Source: a virus | Taxonomy: Duplodnaviria > Caudoviricetes | Virus record (IMG/VR): IMGVR_UViG_2892966740_000006 | Location: 1-64,000 of that record | Length of the DNA stretch: 64,000 nucleotides | Strand: one strand, 5' to 3' | Shown: positions 41,631-52,382 of the stretch, one piece after another | How positions within the stretch are numbered: position 1 is the first letter of the stretch | Layout of the letters: the number at the start of each line of letters is the position of its first letter | The notes under the pieces: model-generated | The model's input: only the letters and a program-made list of their open reading frames with translations | What the model was told of the DNA's origin: nothing | The model's database searches: none | Made by a program: the position numbers and the translations under genes

Positions 41631-42618
41631 CTTGCTCAAGAAGGTCTGTCGCGCCTTTCGCTCGCAAGTCATGAAAGTGAAATCGGCGATTTCCCGCCGC
41701 CTCCCGTGCTCGCATTATTTTCTGCACCAGAGCATTGAATCCGCTGTCGGTGTATGGTTTGCCAGTCCTGCTTGAAACGAATAAATACCTAGATCCGGAT
41801 GGTCTAGGGAGCTTTTTCGCTTCAGCTACAGCTGCCATTAACTTTGGCGCCCACCCTATCAGTACGGTAACGGGTCGGCTGTTCCTGGTTTTTAGCTGAC
41901 GAACTAAAAGCCCGTCGTCGCTTATTGCATCAAGCGACAGGCGCAATACGTCTTGCCTACGCTGTGCCGCAAGATAGGCGATTTCGAGGGCTGATGCGAC
42001 GACCTTCCCTGTGCGCAATGTATTGCCATAGTCCTTGTTTGTCGCCTTTCTGACACCATCCTCACGTTCAGTAAGCATTCCGTGCCTTAGCTCACGAGCA
42101 AAGCTGATGAATCTATCGAGTTCATCATCATCGACGTATCTGTCGCGGGGCAACTCTTTGTTGCGCGTTACCCCTCGGCATGGGTTGCTTTCCACGATCC
42201 CCCAGCGCATTGCCATTGTAAAAACATGGGAGAGAAGCGCTTTCTCTCGATTTCCGGCCACTGCGGCGCCCTTTCCTGCCCTATAGTCGAGATATTGGGC
42301 AACGTGAACTGGCTTTATTTCATCAGGCCTAAAATCACCAAATGCTGCTTCAAGCAGCTTCATCTGCCGCTCTTGGTCCATTCGCGTCTTTGCCGCCTTG
42401 GTTGGTAACACCTCGACTGCATAACGGTTGAAAACAGCAGCCATCCCCTGTGAAGGCATCCGGCATGGTGCTTCCAGTTCTACCCACCGTCTTTTTGCCT
42501 CCCCCAGATCAGCAGATAGTCGAATCCATTTGTTTGCTTTGGTGACGTAGTAGTACGCGCCATTTTTTCGGTACATACGCGGAGGAAGGTCGCGATTTTT
42601 TAGACGGGGTCTTGCCAT
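41631..42618 (-). pseudogene. int: tyrosine integrase interrupted by the Mu-like prophage
   Basis: AAQRRQDVL and FHFHDLRAK motifs; the GH...Y motif is at 208..310. Confidence 0.95.
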
Positions 42619-42620
42619 GT

Positions 42621-42863
42621 TTATCTCGTCGTGGCCATATCTAATGCATCAATGTTTATTGATCGCGTGCTCAGTTGCTGCTTTGGGTTTTCAAAAGATT
42701 CTCCAAGTGCTTGGCGGAACACTACCGAAGATACGATAGGGCGACCACTTGCGCTCTTTAAGTGCGGGATATTATTGGCCTCCAACCACTCGCACACGCG
42801 TCTTGCCAGCTTATATCCAGACAGCTGCTTTAGCTCATCGAATGAGACGATGGTGTCTTCCAT
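42621..42863 (-). CDS. excisionase-like protein (DUF4224-like)
   Basis: EL..LSGYK....CEWL..N.IP....SGRPIV; directly upstream of int. Confidence 0.75.
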   Translation of the reverse strand: MEDTIVSFDELKQLSGYKLARRVCEWLEANNIPHLKSASGRPIVSSVVFRQALGESFENPKQQLSTRSINIDALDMATTR

Positions 42864-42889
42864 CTTCACCCCCCAACAAAAAAGCCGCA

Positions 42890-43326
42890 CTATGCGGCTG
42901 TGTTTACCTTCTTCATGTGGGCGAAGCCCATTCCCTTCTGCCAGACAGTGACACCATCGATTACGATACGCGTCGCCCCTTTCTTTCTTGCTTCCGTTAC
43001 TCGATTGAAAAGCTTCCTGCCGATACGATCCTTATAGCGGCGGCGGCACTCTTCATTTCCAAGGGCAGCCGGTTGAGGTGCATCCTTACCAGGTCCATAC
43101 ACAAAAATGCGGCAGGCTGGGCACCGACTACCGGATGACTCGTACCGCCAGGGCGGCAATGTGAATCAGCTGGCGCAAGCGTAGCGCCTTGAGCATGGTC
43201 TGCATGGTGCGAAGATCAGGTATGGCCAGCTTGGTTTGGAGTTCCGTACGAGTCAGGCTTAGCCGGAGACTGCTGTAGCAACTGCAGCGCACGGCGCTGG
43301 TTAGGGCCAAGTCGTGAGGTGTCCAT
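42890..43326 (-). CDS. winged-helix hypothetical protein (fragmented)
   Basis: QSP(AG)LTRTELQ joins the fragments after repair. Confidence 0.5.
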
Positions 43327-43428
43327 TATTTATTCACCTCCATTAGCACTTTTCTGTCAGTTCTCATGTGATTTACCCATGAAAAAAGCCGCTCAGTGGC
43401 GGCTTGGTAAATAGTTGACGGTAGCGTG

Positions 43429-43920
43429 TTAGTCCACGCGACCTTTGATCTTGTAGCGGCCCCCAACAACGTATCGCTTGTAGGCTGCGATCCAGTCGGT
43501 TGCCATGGCCTTTTGTGCCTCGGCCAGAGAGACATTTCCGTCGCAGACTGACCGGTACAGCACGAACTCCAATTGGTCTTTCTTGGCGGCGCTCCATTCG
43601 CTATTGCGGGGCTGCGGCCACAGGTTGCGTTCATCACGCGGATCACCACCGATCGACAGGGCAATCAGGTGGTCTTCCTCGTAATGTTTTGGGTCCGTGT
43701 CGGCATATCCGTATTCGACGATCTGCGCCTTCTTCAGCTTGTTGGTGTAGTACGCCGGTGGCCGGATAGTCTTGGTGAAGCCTTTGACGCACACGGTTTG
43801 CTGGATGTTGGACTGAGTAATGTCCGGGTTGATGGCGCCCGGAGTAAGTTTAGGATTTGGCAGGTCACCGGCCGCGGCGAATCCCGCAGCCAGTAGTAGA
43901 GCAAGTGCAATCTGTTTCAT
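43429..43920 (-). CDS. secreted HNH-like protein
   Basis: Signal peptide; YEEDHLIALSIGG...NLWPQ...KD.LE. Confidence 0.75.
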   Translation of the reverse strand: MKQIALALLLAAGFAAAGDLPNPKLTPGAINPDITQSNIQQTVCVKGFTKTIRPPAYYTNKLKKAQIVEYGYADTDPKHYEEDHLIALSIGGDPRDERNLWPQPRNSEWSAAKKDQLEFVLYRSVCDGNVSLAEAQKAMATDWIAAYKRYVVGGRYKIKGRVD

Positions 43921-43955
43921 GTTTTCTCGGTGCGATGTTACTGAGCGACAGTATT

Positions 43956-44631
43956 TTACTGCGAGGCGGAGGAATCGGCGCCCGACTGGCTGTGTTTGTT
44001 GCCACGGGCGCGGATGGCGGTGGCGCAGTCGTTGGCACTTTGCCAGCCATCACGGCTAATGTCCCATTGCACACGCTCCATTTCACACACCCCCGCACAC
44101 GCCTCGCGCTCGGCTTCTACTGCCAGACGCACTTCGTCCGGCGCGGCCACCGGCTGGGTGCTGGCGGGCTGCTGCGACTCGCCGTGATCTGCTGCACTGA
44201 ACAGCGCGCCGCAGTCCATACACAGATAGCCGCTTTGCACCACTTGGTTGCGCGCGTCGGCAATGCGGTGCTGGCACACCGGCTGTGCTGCCTCGGCAGC
44301 GGCGATGGCTTCAACAGCCAAGTCATAAGCCGCACCTTGTAAGTGGAAATCGGTAGAGTTACCAAATCCGGCACGATAATAAGCTTTCAGCGCGAGGTAA
44401 AGCTTCGTTTCCAGTTCAGTCATGGCTGGTTCCTTTGCATTCGCACGGCTTTATTGCAACCTCCCAAGTCCCTGCAAACTGCGGATAGATAGTGCATCCA
44501 TCAAAAAGCCATTTCCCTAATATCTTCCCTATGTCCTTGTTATTTGTTCGACGTACATCCAATGCACCGATGATTCTGCCGCACTGGCATATTGCAATAA
44601 ACCCTGTTGGCTTTCGCTTAGTCATGCTCAC
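43956..44631 (-). CDS. two early hypothetical ORFs (43956..44423, 44416..44631)
   Basis: Coupled ORFs; AEREACA..CE and CA.AIRARG motifs. Confidence 0.55.
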
Positions 44632-45127
44632 CCCCTTTCGGCTTCATAAAGACGTACCAATGCGTAAGGCCCTTGCGCCCAGTCGGATGTCCAAACAGTG
44701 GCTGAACAGGGGTAAGAGTCAACAGTTCGCTAATCTTTACCTGTGTTTCATTCCACTTAAAAACAAGTACGCCATCATCGTCCAGAACACGGAAGCACTC
44801 CTCAAAACCTCGGCGGATATCCTCGCGCCAGTCTTTCCCTAGCTTCCCATACTTCGCAGCAAGCCAGCTTTTTGGCCCGGCGCGTACAAGATGCGGTGGG
44901 TCAAATGAAACAAGCTTGAATGACTTGTCTGGGTAAGGCATATCACGGAAGTCCATCATCACATCAGGCTCAATGTGGAGTGTGCGCTGTCCAGTAGGAT
45001 TTCCATGTGAATGATCGGTAACGGTAATGGATTCACTACGGCGGTCACCAAAAACAACATCAGGATTCTTTCGATCAAACCAGAACATTCGACTGCCGCA
45101 GCATGGGTCAAGGACACGCTTATTCAC
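44618..45127 (-). CDS. phage SAM-dependent (amino) DNA methyltransferase
   Basis: VLDPCCGSRMFWF, FDPPH and FKWNE motifs. Confidence 0.85.
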   Translation of the reverse strand: MNKRVLDPCCGSRMFWFDRKNPDVVFGDRRSESITVTDHSHGNPTGQRTLHIEPDVMMDFRDMPYPDKSFKLVSFDPPHLVRAGPKSWLAAKYGKLGKDWREDIRRGFEECFRVLDDDGVLVFKWNETQVKISELLTLTPVQPLFGHPTGRKGLTHWYVFMKPKGGEHD

Positions 45128-45732
45128 ATCTCACCCCCTTTCGGCTGAGGGGCGGCGGGTAGCGGCATCCAGTATGTCGGCTTAGTCAGCCAACATTGAT
45201 TAGATTCGACAGATGTTTCATACCACCAAGCTGCGAACAGATCGCCATCTTCCCAGTTGTCGTCGATGTATTCCTTTGTGAACCACTGGCCGCGCATAGG
45301 GCGCCAGTTCCCGTGACTGTTGAAGTAGCCAAGAAGAACGGTTCGTCCATCTTTCGGCGCAGTGCTGATATCGCGCCACCCATCCGGAACCTGCGCGGTC
45401 GGGGCGTCGAAATCGCCATTCAGCACGGACAGGCCGAAATTCGTGTGCTCGTAGATATTGGCGGTGACGCGCCGCACCAGACCGATTTCAGCCGGGCGCT
45501 TCATCATGTCCTTCGGCACGTCGTAGCCTTCACCATCCGTTACGCATTCGTGGAAGCGGCGAAGAGCCTTCATTTCATCGGGAATGATTGCGAACGGCAG
45601 CGCCACCGCCTCACCGGCAGGCTTGGCGCGGGATGATTGCCATGCAATTAAGGCATCTCCCTTGGTGCCAGTGGTAATTTTCTGGCCTTCGCTATTCCAC
45701 CACTCCTCAAACTCCTCGCGCATCTTGTCCAT
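45124..45732 (-). CDS. DUF551-like protein
   Basis: WRDISTAPKDG...PTYWMPLPAAP. Confidence 0.75.
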   Translation of the reverse strand: MDKMREEFEEWWNSEGQKITTGTKGDALIAWQSSRAKPAGEAVALPFAIIPDEMKALRRFHECVTDGEGYDVPKDMMKRPAEIGLVRRVTANIYEHTNFGLSVLNGDFDAPTAQVPDGWRDISTAPKDGRTVLLGYFNSHGNWRPMRGQWFTKEYIDDNWEDGDLFAAWWYETSVESNQCWLTKPTYWMPLPAAPQPKGGEM

Positions 45733-46488
45733 ATCGAACTCCAAAAAAAATGAGGCCGCTCGGGCCTCGTTATTCCTTATCCTGGTATCGCTGACCGCAC
45801 TGGTCTGAGCAGAACTCGTCAAAGTGATGCCGCACCCTATGACGCCCGGTGATCGGGTCACGGTCCTGCTGTACGACTTCGTGGATGACGCGATCCTCTA
45901 TCGGCTTTCCGCAGTGCGGGCAGCGTGGGAGTGTGTTCACGCCACCTCCCGTACCATCTGGATGACGTTTTCGCGGCTCTCAGCAGGCAAGCGGCTTGCA
46001 GCCAGCGCAACTTCCAGTTCGCGGATGCGTGCGTCTGCCGCAGCAAGCTGGCGCTCTGCGATTTCGGTACGCTCGGCCTCGGCGGCCAGTGCGATGTTCT
46101 GGCGGCCAAGGTCCATGATGTTTTCGTTGAGCTGTTTGATCTGCGATTGTTGCCTGAGGATGATCTCAGCAGCTTGCAGTCTGATAATGGTTATTTGGTC
46201 CATGGCGTTTCCTCAAATAAGGCTGGGCTGCTCCAGCACGCCCAGCGGCGCGAGGTCTGATGCCTCGGCCACGATTGTTGTGTGTATGACGGCATCGACC
46301 AGAACCATCGAGACACCATCCCGCTCGTGATAGCCACCATTACGGCCGGCGGACTACGGTTTGCCCGGCATATAACTTCCAGTCGCCCTCCCCGTTCACG
46401 GTGAAAGCGGTGTCCATCGGAATGCGCCGGGCATCACGCTTGGCAGCGGCCAAATGCTCTATGGTTCCGTGTTCCATGCCCTCTCCTT

Positions 46489-46581
46489 CCGCCGCCAGTG
46501 TTGAGCGCCCTCTACCGGCTTTATCAGAGGACGGCACCCAAGCGAGTTGATCGGGGTGAAGGCGCTCAGGACTGGCGGCGG
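46489..46581 (-). ncRNA. unrecognised structured RNA, copy 2
   Basis: Long stem around the core shared with 30809..30900. Confidence 0.65.
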
Positions 46582-46634
46582 GGCAAAGAAAAAGCCCGCG
46601 GGTGGCGGGCTTGTCATACTTCAATAACGGGTGA

Positions 46635-47115
46635 TCACATCACCAGCACGCTGAAGCGCGATTGCAGGCCGATTGGGGAGAACGGGATGTCGTCATCAAG
46701 ATCGTCCATCTTCTTCGGCGCTGGATCTGGCTGACGTCGAGGCGGCGCAGCCGGGGCGCTGTGCTGCTCACCTGCCCCATCACGCCCACCCAACATTTGC
46801 ATACGGTCGCCGCGAATCTCCGTGCTGTAACGGTCCTGGCCGGTTTCTTTGTCCTGCCATTTGCGCGTACGGATCGAACCTTCCACGTACACTTGCGAGC
46901 CTTTTTTCAGGTATTGGGCTGCAACTTCGGCTGTTTTGCCAAAGAACACGACACGGTGCCATTCGGTCAGCTCTTCACGCTGGCCGGTTTGCTTGTTGTT
47001 GTACGTGTCGGTGGTGGCCACGGACAGTGTGGCAATGGCGTCGCCTAAGCATGTAACGCGTTTCAGGATCGCGGCCAAGGTTGCCGACGAGGATCACTTT
47101 GTTGACTGATGCCAT
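46635..47115 (-). CDS. ssb: single-stranded DNA-binding protein
   Basis: [25 protein letters not shown] and DDDIPF; break near 47045. Confidence 0.92.
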
Positions 47116-47764
47116 CAGGCTGCTTCCTTTTCGTCATCCGGTATTGCCTGCAAAAAACAGGCTTTTAAGTTTTCGTAAGCCGTTTGTAATCGTTGCTTTT
47201 CGCTTTCCCCACAACGCTTCCAAGCTCCGCCAAAAATCCCTTGCAGGCTTGCAAGGTCAGCACATCCTTGCATTGCCTCGATCGCCATATCGACTTCTTC
47301 GGCCTGCATGGCCGCGTTATCTTTTTCCTCTTTTTCAGCAAACTCTTTCTTCAAAGAGGTTACGTACTTGTTGTCATCGAATAGCCCCATGAACACATCA
47401 GCACTAAACCCAATGTGAGAAAGCCCCTTTGTCAGCGCGTCAGTTGTCGCCTTCTTAGCCGCATCGTCATCAAGCTTTCCTTTGGCGTTAAGAATTTCGG
47501 CAAGGCCGCGCCGGGACCAAAACAGTTACTGCGATCGCCATGCCATACAATCACATCAGCAGCAGCAAGAACGATGCTTCCTGCTGTGACAGTTGAATGC
47601 TCTACTGTGTATCCCCATCCCTGCCCCACAGGCCCGAATGTTTCCGTTGCCCGCATCACTTGGTAGTGCGCATCGATGGCGGTGAATTTACGGCCAAGAC
47701 TTACATCTTTTGTGTGTCTTGGGTCTGTCTTGCTTACTTTGTTCCAAAGGTCCATGTTTGACAT
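47115..47764 (-). CDS. putative ssDNA-annealing recombinase (two fragments)
   Basis: ATETFGPVGQGWG and DAAKKATTDALTKGLS.IGFSADVFMG; adjacent to ssb. Confidence 0.65.
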
Positions 47765-47948
47765 GTTGATCCCCTAAAACGGCAACACCTGCACGCGGGC
47801 AGGTGTTGGTTGATCTCTTCGGCACAGCATATTGCTGGCGAGTAGCTGTGACATTGTCTCGCATGGCCTAAGCGGGTCTTTCCTTGACCGCGCCCAGCGC
47901 CATGCATCGGCCCATTGTTTACGGTTCATGGCAATTATCATGGTCATC

Positions 47949-48464
47949 TCAGCGCCAAGTTATGGCGCACCTCGATGTGCGCACCGGTATTTGCTGGCCG
48001 TCTTTCAGCAGCTTCTTGACGTCAGCTTTGCGCACGGCCCAGCTGGCTGGGACGTACTCTTTTGCCGTGTTCGGGATAAGGCTTTCGTCGTCGATGATGA
48101 CGGCCTCGCTCTTGCGTAGCCCCATGGCGATTTCGCTATCCTTTGGCGTGATGGCGCGCTCCAGCATCACCTTGACGGCCAGTGACGCCAGATTGTCTTT
48201 GCCTCCTTCTAGCGCCTTCTTGCGGGCTTGCAGTGACTTGATGCGCTCGTCCAAAGCTGCCGCCTCGGCCTCTTTGTTCTTGATCACCTTGGCGTAGTTG
48301 AGCAGCTTGGTTTCAATGTCCCCAGACTCGCCTTCCAGTGTGTCCAGATAGATTTGCTTTGCTTGCTCCTCTGTCAGCTTCCCTTCTGCTACATCAGCAG
48401 CAAGACTGGCCGACAGGCTGGCTTCCATCTCAGCAAAGGCTCTGTTCAGTTCAAAAAGGTTCAT
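47949..48464 (-). CDS. siphovirus Gp157-like protein
   Basis: DTLE..SG..E.K, KN..AEA and V.I.DESLIP motifs. Confidence 0.75.
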   Translation of the reverse strand: MNLFELNRAFAEMEASLSASLAADVAEGKLTEEQAKQIYLDTLEGESGDIETKLLNYAKVIKNKEAEAAALDERIKSLQARKKALEGGKDNLASLAVKVMLERAITPKDSEIAMGLRKSEAVIIDDESLIPNTAKEYVPASWAVRKADVKKLLKDGQQIPVRTSRCAITWR

Positions 48465-48691
48465 GATTCACTCCATGAAAAAGGCCGCACTAGGCGGCCA
48501 GTCTTGGTTTCTGTTTCAGACACTCGAACAGGATGTCTTCGATGGTTGATCTTTCGCGCTCGCGCTCGACGGCGTCTTTCCGTCGTCCGGGCGCTTTCGG
48601 CAGCCCGGAAAACAAGCATCCGGTGGTGCTTATCACGCGTCTGCGCCACGGCATTGCTGAGGGTCATTTCGGCAGGAATCATTTGCGGGCC

Positions 48692-49003
48692 TCAATCAAT
48701 GGTTTCTGTCTTTGTCTCGCAAGTTCGTGTCTTTCCAGCCTGTCGGCATTCTTCCCAGCTACTCTCAGTGCTTGTCTTGCTGTTATTGCAGCGAGTGAAA
48801 TAGTGGTAACGATCTCCAGATTTGAAGGTATAAACCTTGCACCCATCAGCCTCGCGGATTACGTGAGGCGTTTTCTCTCGGCGCTCACTTTCTGCCTGTT
48901 CTCTCTGATCGCGCTTGTACCACTCTGAGTTTTGGCAGGACGAAACCCCAAACAAAATCCCGGCAAAAACAGCAATTAATACAACTAAGTCTTTCCAGCT
49001 CAT
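48692..49003 (-). CDS. lipoprotein-like protein
   Basis: Hydrophobic N-terminus, VSS-C and DGCKVYTF motifs. Confidence 0.55.
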   Translation of the reverse strand: MSWKDLVVLIAVFAGILFGVSSCQNSEWYKRDQREQAESERREKTPHVIREADGCKVYTFKSGDRYHYFTRCNNSKTSTESSWEECRQAGKTRTCETKTETID

Positions 49004-49290
49004 GCCGCCTTCCTTTGCATCATGCACTTCGCGTAGTCTTCTGCCGCCACTTCAACAATCGCGTCCAATGCCTTCTTGGCTAGGCAATCAGGTCCAGCGC
49101 TGACAAGTGCGAGAAAGTCTTCGAGCATGGGGCCGATTTCCTGTGTCCTACCAATCACATCCCCATAGTCGATTCCATCGCTCATGTATGAGCGTTTCAG
49201 CCTCTCGAATTCGGCCTTCTTGTCGGCGTCACGATCCAGCTCCTGCAGGTGCCTAAAAAGGTCATTCATCACTGCGCACGGGGCGTTCAC
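49000..49290 (-). CDS. hypothetical early protein
   Basis: Coupled ORF ending RKAA. Confidence 0.5.
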   Translation of the reverse strand: MNAPCAVMNDLFRHLQELDRDADKKAEFERLKRSYMSDGIDYGDVIGRTQEIGPMLEDFLALVSAGPDCLAKKALDAIVEVAAEDYAKCMMQRKAA

Positions 49291-49777
49291 CGCCGCACCT
49301 CATGCACAGGAAGGCCGTTGCGGCCGAAGTAGCGAAAGCGCAAGCGCAGCCCTTGCTCGCGGAGTTGGCTGGCCATTTCATCCGTCACCCAGCCGATGAT
49401 TTCGGTAAGAGTCATGGTGTATTCCCCAAAAAAGAACCCCGCACATGGCGGGGCTAGGTTCAATCACAAGGGAAAGCCGGTGAGGCTTCTGGCCGTCCGG
49501 GTTTACGTAGACCGAGGAGATGGATAGTGACCAGTCGCCTCAACGGTTTCCCCTCAAAAAGATGGGCGACCCGAAAGCCGCCCCAAGTCAACGCTCGTTA
49601 CAAAGGAGAGTCGATGGTTACCCATCATCAAGCGCACTCCGGCTACTGGACTGTGGCGTCCCACTGGTCGCTTGCTCACGAAATGTGCTTGAGGATGGGG
49701 GCTGGCCTTTAACCTCGCCAGCGCGGAGGCCGTGGTAAACTCAATTTCCACATGTCATCAACCACGGAGATGCCTTT

Positions 49778-49912
49778 ATGCAAAAATTTTCCGATAACAC
49801 ACGCGGGCACGTTCCGCGTACCCCTCCTCCGCCCCCTCCTAACTCTTCGGGATTTGCGAAGGATCATGCGCCGAGAATGCCGCCACCACCGCCGCCACCG
49901 GCAAAAAAGTGA
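49778..49912 (+). CDS. 44-aa polyproline repeat peptide (not in the ORF track)
   Basis: RBS GGAG; MQKFSDNTRGHVPRTPPPPPPNSSGFAKDHAPRMPPPPPPPAKK*. Confidence 0.7.
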   Translation: MQKFSDNTRGHVPRTPPPPPPNSSGFAKDHAPRMPPPPPPPAKK

Positions 49913-49920
49913 GGTAGTAA

Positions 49921-50399
49921 ATGGATCGTCACGAAGTTGAATTCCAGCTTGATTACTCAATCATCATTGAGGAAATGCAGCTAATCCTTATGGGAAGAGC
50001 TGATCGATTCCTGACGTTTTTCCAGTTTTTACTGGGGAGTGCGGCAGCTGGTGATATTTTTTCAATCAAGTTTATTGGTTTTGTTGTGGCGATCTGTGCT
50101 GCATTGCAGTTTGTTTACCAACCAGCTTCAAAAGCGATGGAGGCCAAAATCCAGCGCGATCGATATTTGTTACTGAAAAAACAATCGGTAGAGATGAGCA
50201 CTGAGCAATTGGATTTAGCATTAAAGGATGTCTTGCCTATTGATTCAATTATCCCTAATGCGCTCTGCCATCCTGCTTGGCTGGCTACCTGCTTACAACA
50301 GGGAAGGCCAATTGAAGATCATGTAAAAAAGATGACATGGATGGAGTCTTTCCTTTCCGGCTTGCAAGCAGGAGACCCGTTCTGGATAGAACCTCATAA
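49921..50399 (+). CDS. two-TM membrane protein (SLATT-like layout)
   Basis: Helix-TM-TM-helix; probable true end ..LAGRRPVLDRTS* at 50399. Confidence 0.65.
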
Positions 50400-51048
50400 C
50401 TCTATTGCGTTAATCAGTGGTGGAGCTCCCGGAAGGGCTTCCGGTACTGTTTTCTCTCCTCCGCACATGACGACCGAGAGCGGGTCGTTGAAGTCTATCC
50501 GCCTGATGGCGGCCAGCGGTGCGGTACGCTGGTCATCGCAAACCAACACAGCTGCACGCTCCCACACTGAAATACAGACAAATACAAGGAAGAAAAACGG
50601 AGCGTGCATGTGTGTTGGTGCTGCATCCCGCCATTCCGTGCAGCGGCTGTCACTATTTCCCGGCCCTTACAGGTCGGTGCCGTGGCGAGTCGGCGTTGGG
50701 TTATGCTGGTCTTTAAAGACGCCAGCGCGGTCTCATCGGCAGTTAAGTCCGCCGCTCGCCTTGGTGCTCAGTTGGCGCATCCAGCTTCGCGGCTTTTTCG
50801 TAGAGCCGCATCATTCTGCGCATCAGTTTTTTGTAGTAATCGTCTTGGTGGTACTTGCAGACGTCACCCGGATAAATCATGAAACCGTTTTCGTACTCAG
50901 GGTGGCTGCACTCGCACTTCCCGCGAAGCTTCGATTTGATCTCTGCTTTGCACGCAGACTCAAAGCTAAACCATCGTCGCCCACCGCCGCGCCAAACAAC
51001 GGCTACTTCTTTTCTTGGCAGCATGTTGGCCTCCTCGTTAAACATCAA
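50394..51048 (-). CDS. first pL-operon ORFs (50394..50609, 50743..51048)
   Basis: RBS GAGGAGG before MLPRKE; follow the pL leader hairpins. Confidence 0.45.
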
Positions 51049-51298
51049 AACCCCCTGTCACGAAGCTTTGATGCTGGCCCTGTTGCCAAGGCCTCCCAGC
51101 CCCTCCGCTCGTCATCTGGAGTTAAGGGCCTTCCCATCGGTGCGCTTACGTTCCACGCGCATTGACCACCGCTCATGGGGCTTCTGGGGCTGGGTGTGCA
51201 GTCTTGCGCCCGTCTGCCTGACGGTACGCCCCGGACTGGGCGGGTGCTTCTACTGGGTTGTTTGAGATCGGTGCCCGGTGTGCTGGGCTGATGGAGTG

Positions 51299-51339
51299 AA
51301 TATACACAAACGTGTTTCTTGGTGTCAACACATTTGTGT
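51299..51339 (-). promoter_or_regulatory. pL/oL
   Basis: TTGACA...TATATT overlapping ACACAAACGTGT (51304) and ACACATTTGTGT (51328). Confidence 0.7.
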
Positions 51340-51537
51340 TATCAGGATGTGTTTTTTGTGTCATGGAGATACAGCTACGTGTAGGTTGGTGTTGTATGGA
51401 CGCAAAAAAGCCCGCGAACGCGGGCTGGATGGTGCGAGCCTGCCGCACCGGTTTTTACCCGAATGGTTAGATCCCGTCCGGAGTGTAGTTGGTGTGCAGC
51501 CTAGCTGCTGTCGGAGCAAGCCTATCTATGGATAGTC

Positions 51538-52098
51538 TCAATCTTGCAGTTTAACTAACTTGCCGTTTCGGTATCGGTATAAGACCCCGTAGCCTTGCGT
51601 TCCAATGGGAATAAAAACTTCACCGGACCGGAAAAAGACCTTGTCTTGCCCGGTATCTGACATTAGACGAACCCATTTACCATTACGAAGGGAAAATACT
51701 TCAACTACCGATTTAAAGTGCTCGGTATCGCAATGCACAACAGCTACTTGTTTTTTTCCGTCCGTTCCAAGTGAAATCTGGGCCACTTCAATTTGAGAAC
51801 CATGAATGCTCTCTAAGTTATCCAAGCTTACCGGAAGTGCTTTTATTGGCAATTGGTAAGCAACGTTTGCGCCATCTCTTGCTGTGAAATAACCGATTTC
51901 ACCACGGGCGCGCGGAATTATATCGACGTCATACAAATCGCCATCTTGCTTGAATTTTATCTTCAGTTCTTTAAATGTTCCATCACGGTCAAGTTTAGTA
52001 ATCTTGGTGGGGACACTGGGATCAATGCAGCGAGGAGCAGCAGCGGCTATCGTAGAGGCCACGGAAAGAGTGATAGCTGCGATATGAAGTAATTTCAT
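51538..52098 (-). CDS. moron: secreted protein
   Basis: Signal peptide; AT-rich. Confidence 0.7.
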   Translation of the reverse strand: MKLLHIAAITLSVASTIAAAAPRCIDPSVPTKITKLDRDGTFKELKIKFKQDGDLYDVDIIPRARGEIGYFTARDGANVAYQLPIKALPVSLDNLESIHGSQIEVAQISLGTDGKKQVAVVHCDTEHFKSVVEVFSLRNGKWVRLMSDTGQDKVFFRSGEVFIPIGTQGYGVLYRYRNGKLVKLQD

Positions 52099-52289
52099 GA
52101 GATGTCCAGTTGGCAGTTAGCTTATCAGGGCAATTCATTCGCTACCATCCATGGAACCCATGATTGGTAATTGGATGGGCAGCGGAAATGATGGATGACT
52201 ACGAGCCATTCTATCAGTCATTTTCATGCATTTGCCATAGGTCATGATGGTCATAATGCAAAAAAACCCGCCGAGGCGGGTTAGTGCAA

Positions 52290-52382
52290 TCAACGCAGCA
52301 TGTGCGCAATCAATAAAACAATTTGTGTTTCGTACATCAGGCCAAAGAAAAATCCAGACAGCAACGTTAGTATATCGTTCAT
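52290..52382 (-). CDS. 30-aa hydrophobic peptide (not in the ORF track)
   Basis: RBS GAGG; MNDILTLLSGFFFGLMYETQIVLLIAHMLR*; own terminator. Confidence 0.55.
   Translation of the reverse strand: MNDILTLLSGFFFGLMYETQIVLLIAHMLR

Noticed and set aside
49921-51165. 414-aa ORF
   Set aside because: Read-through at a corrupted site near 50365; the rest is antisense to pL-operon genes.
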